Source: Sphingobium sp. (GTDB lineage Bacteria; Pseudomonadota; Alphaproteobacteria; Sphingomonadales; Sphingomonadaceae). From it: a DNA stretch of 64,000 nt. The DNA is taken from contig JAWKXZ010000002.1 in NCBI GenBank assembly GCA_041396745.1, forward strand, positions 724,665 to 788,664, given 5' to 3'. The translations under genes and the position numbers were made by a program. Under the pieces are notes generated by a model. That model ran no database searches. It was not told the DNA's origin and saw only the letters and a program-made list of their open reading frames with translations. This document shows positions 1 through 7,255 of the stretch, piece after piece; position 1 is the stretch's first letter; every line of letters begins with the position of its first letter.

Positions 1-339
1 CAAGGCGTGCGCGGCTTCGCGATCCCGCCGATCCTTCGATCGTGCCCCTGCCTGCTGTGCGGCGACCGTCACGAGACGACGCTGCAAATCGTCTCGCAAG
101 AAGCTTTCCTCGATTGGCGCCTGCTTTTGCAGCTCCTCGAAGCGATCCTGCGCGATAAGGGTGGCGAGCGCCTCCCGGCGCACCTGTGCCGCCACGATGG
201 CGTCGTCGTCAATACATTCGTTGCGCTCACCGATCCGAATCCACTCGGCCAGGGCCGCGTCGACACGGGCGAGATGCCCCCGGCATATCTCGAGTATCTC
301 TTCACGCGTGACGATGCGCACGACTTTCGGCCCGCTCAT
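1..339 (-). CDS. Hypothetical protein, N-terminal part only (gene runs off the window edge); translationally coupled to the helicase fusion gene
   Basis: ATG at 339-337 overlaps the TGA stop (338-336) of the 2092-aa ORF (ATGA). Hand translation of the reverse strand gives MSGPKVVRIVTREEILEICRGHLARVDAALAEWIRIGERNECIDDD..., open for 113 codons down to position 1. It is absent from the ORF track because no stop lies in the window. No family recognised. Confidence 0.5.
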   Translation of the reverse strand, partial: MSGPKVVRIVTREEILEICRGHLARVDAALAEWIRIGERNECIDDDAIVAAQVRREALATLIAQDRFEELQKQAPIEESFLRDDLQRRLVTVAAQQAGARSKDRRDREAAHAL

Positions 340-3300
340 GGCCGAGCACCCAGTGCAGCGGTTACGGCGGCTCTCAGCCGGTCCCGCTCCCGCGCGGGCT
401 CGTGAAACCAGCGATGCGACGAAACGCGGTGAATCACGGGGATCGACCGCCGCAGCACGCTGGGCCGCCAAAGCTCTCTGGCGCGCGCGGCTTCGAGAAG
501 CCCATGACGCGGCGCATCACATTCGATCCCGATGCCATAAAGACCAGTTCGCGGGTCCTCGATCGCAAAATCGAGCCCGAACGCGCCATCGTCGCTGACC
601 GCGCTCGGCTGCCACCCGAGCGCCCGGATTTCCTCGGCGACCGCGTCTTCAAGCCCGTCGCCCAGACCATCATAACGGCCATGGCTGCGGCGCTGCTCGG
701 GGGTTAAACGCGTCAGCAAGACACCAGCGGCATCCAAGTCGCCATCGGAAACGCAGCGGGCATATTCGAAATAGGCCTGGAGGAAATCCCGCGGACTGGT
801 GGCCTGCCGCCGCGTGGAAAGAAGGTCGGAGATCAGCGGAATCGGCATCGAGGTCACGAGAATGACCTTCTGCCGGGCCCGCGTCACCGCGACATTGAGC
901 CGGCGCTCACCACCATTTTGTCCGAGCACGCCGAAGAAACGACGAAACGTGCCCTGCGCGTTGCGGCCGAACGTCGACGAGAAGACGATGACGTCGCGCT
1001 CGTCGCCTTGCACATTCTCGACGTTCTTGACGAAGAAGCCCATATCCTCGCCGCCTTCAACCCGATCCCGCTCGCGCGTGAGCGCAATGCGGAACGCGGC
1101 ATCATCCTCGGCGCGGTCCTCGAGCACTTCCTCGATCAGGTCCGCTTGCTTGCGATTGAAGGTCACCACGCCCACCGTCGGGATCTTGCCTGCTCCGGCT
1201 TGCCACAGTCTGCGGAGCGTATCAGCGACAAGCTCGGCTTCGGTGCGGTTCGTCTGATCCTCATAGACGCCGTCCGCCCGGATCATCTCGATCGGCTGGG
1301 CGCGTCGGATCTCGTCCGCCGGATGCCGCGCCGGTACGCTCAGGCGGTTGACGTAGAAGGAGGCATTCGAGAACTGGATGAGCTCGCGATAGGCTGAGCG
1401 ATAGTGAATCTGGAGCGTGGTCGATGGCAGAACCGTCTTGGCGAGCTGCAGCAGGTCCGGGCAATCCTTGATCTCACGGCGGTTCCACGTCTCCGCCGCT
1501 GCCTCACGCTCCTCCTCGCCAAGCTCATCGTCTATGTCCTGACCGTCATAGACTTCCGCTTCGTCGCTTTCGACCCGGCTCGCGAAGAAGGCGGTCGGCG
1601 GCATCTGCTTTTCATCGCCGCTGACGATCATGTTACGGCTGCGATAGAGCGTCGGCAGGGCATATTCGATCGGCATCTGCGATGCCTCATCGAAGATGAC
1701 CGTATCGAACAGCGCCTTGCGCAGGGGCAGCAGTCGGCTCGCCACGTCCGGATTGACCAGCCAGACCGGGCGAAGCTGCATTAGGCCGAGATCCGCACCG
1801 AGATCGACAAACTCCCGCAGACGCTTGGCGCGAACCCCGCGCAGGCGGGTGATGTCTTCCCATTCGCGCAGGGGCCGCATCCGGCTGGCGTCCAATCCGT
1901 CGACCAGCAACCGCCGGTTGAGGGTCCGCATCTCCTGATCGGCCGCCGCCAGCGCCTTCGCCTTGGCTTCGAGCTCTGCTGCCTCAAGAAGCAGGTTCGG
2001 ATCGGCTGTTTCGAGCCGCGACTTCCATGCCAGACGAGCTTCGGTGCCGAGGATACGGCGCACCACGGGCTCGAGCGCCTCATCGTCGAGGCCTTCGAGT
2101 TTGTCGCGAACCCGCGCAAGTTCGGCGAAAATCGCCATGGCGTCTTCGCCGAGCTGCGGGACGCGCGCGCGAAAACGCTGATAAGCGCCGATATGTGGCG
2201 CGTCGCGCTGGAGCCGGTCGAGCTGCGCCAGATCGGTCCGGTCCCCCGCGATCGCATTCGACGCGGCCTCGACCCACGTCTCGCTCATCCAGGGCACCAA
2301 ACGCCTGAGCGCGGCCGCGCAGCTAAGGCGAGCGGCATGTCGAGCCAGGCCCTGGTCGATGCCCTCGATCAAATCCTCGACGGCTTGCCGGTTCGTTGCG
2401 CGCGCCATTGCAAAGGCCGTGTCGCGCTCGGGATAGGCTTCGAGGCGAGTCACCAGCATTTCGGCATCGGAAAGCTGCGCGAGCGCCCCCCGGGCCGATT
2501 CAAGCAATCCCGCGACCCGCAGCGGCGGCAAATGCCCCGAAGGTTCGCCAATGTCGCTGACCGCTTCGATCAGCCGCGCTCGAATCGGGCGAAGGCCCTT
2601 CTCGCGGTGGAGCGCCTCCCCGAATGCCGGACCGTCGATGAGGCCTTCCTGTTTGAACAACTGGCGGCGTCGCCAGCTGGCAACCCAGCGTGATGGCGAC
2701 AGCCTTTCCATGAAGCTTGGCCGGGCCAGCAGCCGGTCGGACAATGCCGTCCATTCGTCCAGCGCGTCATCGGAGAGCGCCCGTGCGACCTCGATCGCAT
2801 CGTCCGGCGCCTCGTCCGCCGGGAGGCGCAGCAGGCTCTGTTCGACCTCCGCCACGGCCGTTTGCATGGCCGTGCTGCCCGGCGCGCGCGCCGACGCACC
2901 AGAAAGACGGTCGAGCCAGCGCGTCAGACGGCTTCGTGCATCCTGATCCAGACCCAGCAAATGTGCGCCATGATTATGGGACCAGGCGCGATAGGGTTCA
3001 GGATCATTGATCGTCAGCGCATTGGGGGTGCGCTCGTTGACGCCCTGCCGCTCGCGCTCTAGCCGTATGAAATCCTGAAGGTCTTGCGTGAAGGTTTCGA
3101 GGGTGCCGACATCGACGCCGAACGGGCGCGTATCGGCGAGTGCGCTGCCTTCGAAATGGGCGGGCAGCCACAGCCGGGCGACGGGCGCGCAGCTCTCCTG
3201 CAGCACGACGAGGCGCCCGGGGTCCAATGCACCCAGCAGATAGCGCAGCGACGGCAAGGACGGCGCCTCGCCTTCCCGCGCGAGACCGATCAGATCGCCG

Positions 3301-6300
3301 AGGATCAGCCGATAGGATAATCCGGTCTGCTCGTCGGTCGCATGCAGCGCGCGATGTTGCCCATCGAGTTCGCGCTCGAGCGCCTCGATGCGGGCGGCCA
3401 TCTGCTGACGCTGTTGCCGCCAGCCCGACGCGCCATAGGGACGCTGGTATAGCTCCTCGAGCTGTTCCCGTATCGCGCGAATAACTGGCTCGCGATCCTT
3501 GTTGACGTCATTGACCATGATGACCCGCTCACCGAGGCCAGCGGCATCGAGGCGCTTGTGGACGACCTCGAGCGCCGCCTGCTTCTGACAGACCACAAGC
3601 AGGCTGCGGCCGGTGCCGATCGCATCAGCGACCATGTTGACGATTGTCTGGCTCTTGCCGGTACCCGGCGGCCCTTCCACCAGAAGCCCGCGACCATTGC
3701 GCGCCTCCAACACCGCCGCTTCCTGTGAAGGGTCACTATCGGCCGTGAAATAGCGATTGATTTCGGCGACGCGCACCGGCACCGCCCGCTCGACCTCATC
3801 ACCGACGCGAAAGGCGGTTTCCAGGCTGGAGCCGGCCGGCGGCATAGCTTTGAGCTGACGCAGATCCTCCATCACCGCCTGGCCGAGAAAGCCGAGATGG
3901 AACAAGGCAGCCGAGCAGACAATCCGGTCATCGCCCGCTCGCACTTTGAGATCCTTCGAAGGAAGCCCGACAAGGTCGCGGCCCTCAACCGCGGCGAACT
4001 CCCGAAACGCATCGACCACTTCTGCCGCATTGACAGACGACCGGGACAGGACCTCATTGGCGGTCTCGCGCCAACGGCTCGCCGCATCGAGACCCAGCAA
4101 TGTCTCGAAGGCCGGGTTGAGCCGGACTTCTTCCCGGTCGCGATCAAAGGCGAGCGTGACCCGCCCGCGCGATCCTACCTCGGGCGTGAGCCGGACCGGC
4201 CACAGCAGGATCGGGGCGATCCGAGGCCGCGTACTCGCCTTGGCTTCCTGCATGACGAGAAACGGGAAGCCCATATAGAGCCCGTCAATGCCGGTGTCGC
4301 GGCGATAGAGCGTGGCATGCGCGTAAAGCGTGCGCAGTCGGCGTTCGAGCCGCGGGTCCTCGGTCAACGGCGCGGGATCGACCTCGATCGCCTGGTCATT
4401 GCGTAACAGCAGATGATCGAGCAAGTCGGCCGCGCGGCGGCGGGGACTGTCGAGTTCGATGAGATCGATGCGTGCGGTGGTCTTGCCGATGACCATGCGC
4501 GTGAGCGGGCCGCGCATGATCGACCCGGTGATTCGCCGTGCGAAGAAATCCAGAAGGGTCGCAACATAGGATTGCCGCGGCGGTTGGCGCCAGCGGTCTT
4601 CCGGGACGCCAAGGACCGCCAGAGCGCGGGCGATGGGAAGCCGCCGCTCGAGGCGAAACTGGTCGGCCCATTCGTCGATGCGATCCAGGCCGCTGCGCGC
4701 AAAGCCCTCGATCCGGCCTTCCAGCTCGGCATGCAGCTCGCGCCGGGGCAGCGCGAGCCGGGCAATTGCCGCCTCGCGATCGAAGCCTTCGAGACCGGCG
4801 CGGCGCGCGGCTTGCTCGGCTTCCTCGACAATGGCATCCGCGCTGCGGAACTGCGACACTGCCGCGCTGAGAAGGAGGATCAGATCCTCCTCTTCGGTGA
4901 TGCGTCGTTCGACGATCGCCAACAATCCGGGATGATCGGTGTCCGGAAGGATACGCCGCTGCTCCTCCCAGACACTGGCAAGCCGGCTCTTGGACGTGGA
5001 CAGCGCCAGCGTTCGCAACTTGGTCTCATCGAGCTCGACATCGAGTTGGCGTGCGCGATCGCGCACCCGCGCCTCGCGGCGCTTCAACCGGGAAAGCCAG
5101 AGTTCGGAATCGTCGCGCTCGAGCCGGTCCGGTACGGGACCGGTGATCAGCGCATAGCCTTCTGCGGGATGATCGATCAGCCAACCGGGCGTCACGATCT
5201 CACCGTTTACCACCAGCGGCATCGCCGGATTAAGCGCCTTGAGCGCAAGCGCGAGCCGAAAATCCTCGGAAACCTGCTCGATACCAGAGATCTGGCGGAC
5301 CTCGGCACGCAGATCGGGATGGAGCCCGGCTTCCTCCATCCAGGTCACAAGCTCACCACGGAGGAGGAGGTCGCGCGCCTCATCCCAATGATCGGTCTCT
5401 GCGGCCGCCAAAGCGAACGGCACGCCGCCCGAAAATCGCTGTTCGCCCAGCATGATGGACCGGCTCGCCCTGTCATCGGCCAAGGTGCCCTGCCGCGCCG
5501 GGGCTTCGGGAATATCACCGTCGAGCCAACGCCGCACTTCGGGCCAGCACCAGCGCAAACGCCGATCAGACGCCAACAGGCCGCGAAGCAAGGCATCGAC
5601 TTCGGGCGCAAGTCCGTCAGGAATCGGCGCGCCGTTGGTCAGCACACTGATCAGAAAGGCCTGGTCATCCGCGCCGGCAAAGCAAGCGCCATGCGTGACC
5701 TGCTCAAGAATGAGCATGCCAAGGCTCCACCAGTCGCTCGCCGCGGCGACGCCCCCCGCAACCGCTTCGGGCGCGGTGTAGCGCGTGATCTCGAGCGGCG
5801 ACACGATATCGAGGTCGTAGTCGGAGAGTCGCGCCGAACCGAACCCGGTTACGACGAGATCGAGCGGATCGCGGGACCGCACCATGATCGCGCCGGGCCG
5901 CAGGTCTCGATGGCGCAGGCCACATTCGGCAAGCGCAGCAAGCGCGCCGCCTACCTCTTCGAGAATGCGCGAAAGCGTGGCGACATCGTCAGCGACAAGA
6001 CCGAGATCGGCGAAGGTTCCGCCGCGCAAATCCTCGGTGACTTCATAGGCCCGGTCGCCATAATGGCCGGTCTCCAGGATCTCGGGGACATGGTCACGGT
6101 CGAGCGTCCGCAAGATCTCATAAACGTCAGGATCGGGCTCGCTGCCCAGCGCATAGAGCGTGACGATCGCCTCGCGCTCGTCCGTGTCGCGCGACGCTTC
6201 GTAGCGCTCACGTACATGGCTGGTCGTCGGTAAGCGCCTGAGCAGGCGCCATTCGCCGATCCGGGTCTCGCTGGCCGGTTCGTCGGCAGGCGCCGAGACC

Positions 6301-6614
6301 GCTTCCGTACCGGCTGAAGACCGACCCGCCGGCACTTCGACATCCGCAGGGCTGGTGGCCATCACGACATCGGCGCCGCAGATCGCACAAATCAGATCGC
6401 CTGGCTCGACCGCATGGCCGTTGGCGCATCGCAGCTCGGGCGGCGCGACCGAAGGAGTAGATACAGGAGAGCCCTGCTCGGCCGGACGCCATCCCGGTTG
6501 TCGCAGCGCGACGCCAGACAGGGGCCAGTCGCAGAGCTTGCCGTCCAGCTCACCCTCGCAGAACATCTCGTCGATCGGCCGCTCGCTTCGGCAATTTGGG
6601 CAGAAGCGGATCAT
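336..6614 (-). CDS. 2092-aa multidomain protein: N-terminal zinc ribbons, degenerate Ser/Thr-kinase-like domain, DUF4011-like region, Upf1-like SF1 helicase (AAA_11/AAA_12 type), C-terminal Vsr/DUF559-like endonuclease fold
   Basis: Zinc ribbons: CPNC...C...C and C..H...CAIC (aa 5-80). Kinase-like motifs: HRDLRPGAIM (aa 235), GFG in place of DFG (aa 257), TRYTAPE, DWWSLG. DUF4011-like stretch: LYMGFPFLV...APILLWPVRL. Walker A GPPGTGKS (aa 981-988, nt 3651-3674). Walker B VIFDEASQ (nt 1677-1700). Also IHYRS, VENVQGDERDVIVFS, and motif VI NVAVTRAR (nt 873-893). C-terminal GLDFAIED...GIGIECDAPRH resembles PD-(D/E)xK Vsr/DUF559 domains. Confidence 0.9.
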   Translation of the reverse strand: MIRFCPNCRSERPIDEMFCEGELDGKLCDWPLSGVALRQPGWRPAEQGSPVSTPSVAPPELRCANGHAVEPGDLICAICGADVVMATSPADVEVPAGRSSAGTEAVSAPADEPASETRIGEWRLLRRLPTTSHVRERYEASRDTDEREAIVTLYALGSEPDPDVYEILRTLDRDHVPEILETGHYGDRAYEVTEDLRGGTFADLGLVADDVATLSRILEEVGGALAALAECGLRHRDLRPGAIMVRSRDPLDLVVTGFGSARLSDYDLDIVSPLEITRYTAPEAVAGGVAAASDWWSLGMLILEQVTHGACFAGADDQAFLISVLTNGAPIPDGLAPEVDALLRGLLASDRRLRWCWPEVRRWLDGDIPEAPARQGTLADDRASRSIMLGEQRFSGGVPFALAAAETDHWDEARDLLLRGELVTWMEEAGLHPDLRAEVRQISGIEQVSEDFRLALALKALNPAMPLVVNGEIVTPGWLIDHPAEGYALITGPVPDRLERDDSELWLSRLKRREARVRDRARQLDVELDETKLRTLALSTSKSRLASVWEEQRRILPDTDHPGLLAIVERRITEEEDLILLLSAAVSQFRSADAIVEEAEQAARRAGLEGFDREAAIARLALPRRELHAELEGRIEGFARSGLDRIDEWADQFRLERRLPIARALAVLGVPEDRWRQPPRQSYVATLLDFFARRITGSIMRGPLTRMVIGKTTARIDLIELDSPRRRAADLLDHLLLRNDQAIEVDPAPLTEDPRLERRLRTLYAHATLYRRDTGIDGLYMGFPFLVMQEAKASTRPRIAPILLWPVRLTPEVGSRGRVTLAFDRDREEVRLNPAFETLLGLDAASRWRETANEVLSRSSVNAAEVVDAFREFAAVEGRDLVGLPSKDLKVRAGDDRIVCSAALFHLGFLGQAVMEDLRQLKAMPPAGSSLETAFRVGDEVERAVPVRVAEINRYFTADSDPSQEAAVLEARNGRGLLVEGPPGTGKSQTIVNMVADAIGTGRSLLVVCQKQAALEVVHKRLDAAGLGERVIMVNDVNKDREPVIRAIREQLEELYQRPYGASGWRQQRQQMAARIEALERELDGQHRALHATDEQTGLSYRLILGDLIGLAREGEAPSLPSLRYLLGALDPGRLVVLQESCAPVARLWLPAHFEGSALADTRPFGVDVGTLETFTQDLQDFIRLERERQGVNERTPNALTINDPEPYRAWSHNHGAHLLGLDQDARSRLTRWLDRLSGASARAPGSTAMQTAVAEVEQSLLRLPADEAPDDAIEVARALSDDALDEWTALSDRLLARPSFMERLSPSRWVASWRRRQLFKQEGLIDGPAFGEALHREKGLRPIRARLIEAVSDIGEPSGHLPPLRVAGLLESARGALAQLSDAEMLVTRLEAYPERDTAFAMARATNRQAVEDLIEGIDQGLARHAARLSCAAALRRLVPWMSETWVEAASNAIAGDRTDLAQLDRLQRDAPHIGAYQRFRARVPQLGEDAMAIFAELARVRDKLEGLDDEALEPVVRRILGTEARLAWKSRLETADPNLLLEAAELEAKAKALAAADQEMRTLNRRLLVDGLDASRMRPLREWEDITRLRGVRAKRLREFVDLGADLGLMQLRPVWLVNPDVASRLLPLRKALFDTVIFDEASQMPIEYALPTLYRSRNMIVSGDEKQMPPTAFFASRVESDEAEVYDGQDIDDELGEEEREAAAETWNRREIKDCPDLLQLAKTVLPSTTLQIHYRSAYRELIQFSNASFYVNRLSVPARHPADEIRRAQPIEMIRADGVYEDQTNRTEAELVADTLRRLWQAGAGKIPTVGVVTFNRKQADLIEEVLEDRAEDDAAFRIALTRERDRVEGGEDMGFFVKNVENVQGDERDVIVFSSTFGRNAQGTFRRFFGVLGQNGGERRLNVAVTRARQKVILVTSMPIPLISDLLSTRRQATSPRDFLQAYFEYARCVSDGDLDAAGVLLTRLTPEQRRSHGRYDGLGDGLEDAVAEEIRALGWQPSAVSDDGAFGLDFAIEDPRTGLYGIGIECDAPRHGLLEAARARELWRPSVLRRSIPVIHRVSSHRWFHEPARERDRLRAAVTAALGARP

Positions 6615-7255
6615 GCCGCGAACCCCCCGCGCATCTCCGAGGTGCGAGCGCGATGACCTGCCGCCGAAAGCGCGCGGCGTAGCCGCCCGATATCGCCGCG
6701 TGCCGGAATGCCGGCAAGCCAGGCATCGCCATCGGCATCGAACATCACATCAAGCTTGCGGTCGCCGCTCACCAGGTCCCGATCATAGCCCGCCATCGCC
6801 TGCCCGCGTGGGGTCAGGATATGCAGCTGCTGATTGTCGCTCCCGCGCATCGCCTTGGTCTGCGAAAGCTCGGCGCGGAAAGGCCCGGTGACGATCGCAT
6901 CGACAAGATCCGGATGAGCCGACAGCCAAGTCTGGAGGTCGGCGATCTCGCGCCCCGTGAACAGCAGGACCGAGCGATCGGAGAGGTTGCGCCAGGCGGC
7001 AAGTATCGCGGCAAGCGCGTCGGGCTGATCGAATGGCTCACCCCCGGAAACAGTAAGGCCCTCAGCCTCGCCTGCCAGCGCCGCGATCCGCTCGGTCACA
7101 TCGGACAGCGGCACATGACCCACATCGTGGGCCCAGGTGTCGACCGAAATACAGCCCGGACATCGGATGCTGCAGCCCTGGAGCCACAGGCCGATCCGGC
7201 GCCCGGGTCCCAGCGCGGTCACGGGAAAGTGGAGGCGCGACACGGCGATCCGCAT
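6611..7255 (-). CDS. Radical SAM protein of the NrdG/PflA glycyl-radical-activase type (4Fe-4S single-cluster domain)
   Basis: ALGPGRRIGLWLQGCSIRCPGC contains CxxxCxxC (C28, C32, C35; nt 7151-7174). The SAM-binding-like motif LTVSGGEPFDQ is present. The 214-aa size is typical of activases. Start overlaps the upstream stop by 1 nt (TGATG) and its stop overlaps the downstream start (ATGA at 6611-6614). Confidence 0.85.
   Translation of the reverse strand: MRIAVSRLHFPVTALGPGRRIGLWLQGCSIRCPGCISVDTWAHDVGHVPLSDVTERIAALAGEAEGLTVSGGEPFDQPDALAAILAAWRNLSDRSVLLFTGREIADLQTWLSAHPDLVDAIVTGPFRAELSQTKAMRGSDNQQLHILTPRGQAMAGYDRDLVSGDRKLDVMFDADGDAWLAGIPARGDIGRLRRALSAAGHRARTSEMRGGFAA

Noticed and set aside
4413-6233. 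606-aa plus-strand ORF, with similar long ORFs at 7366-8802 (+), 13250-14182 (+), 21516-22268 (-), 29514-30521 (-), 30287-31174 (-), 32198-33022 (-), 55872-56642 (-), 60448-61599 (+) and 62727-63863 (-)
   Set aside because: These are antisense shadow ORFs of strongly supported genes in high-GC DNA. Their products are Arg/Ala/Gly/Pro-rich with no recognisable motifs. Each is fully covered by a gene on the other strand or frame that has clear family signatures.
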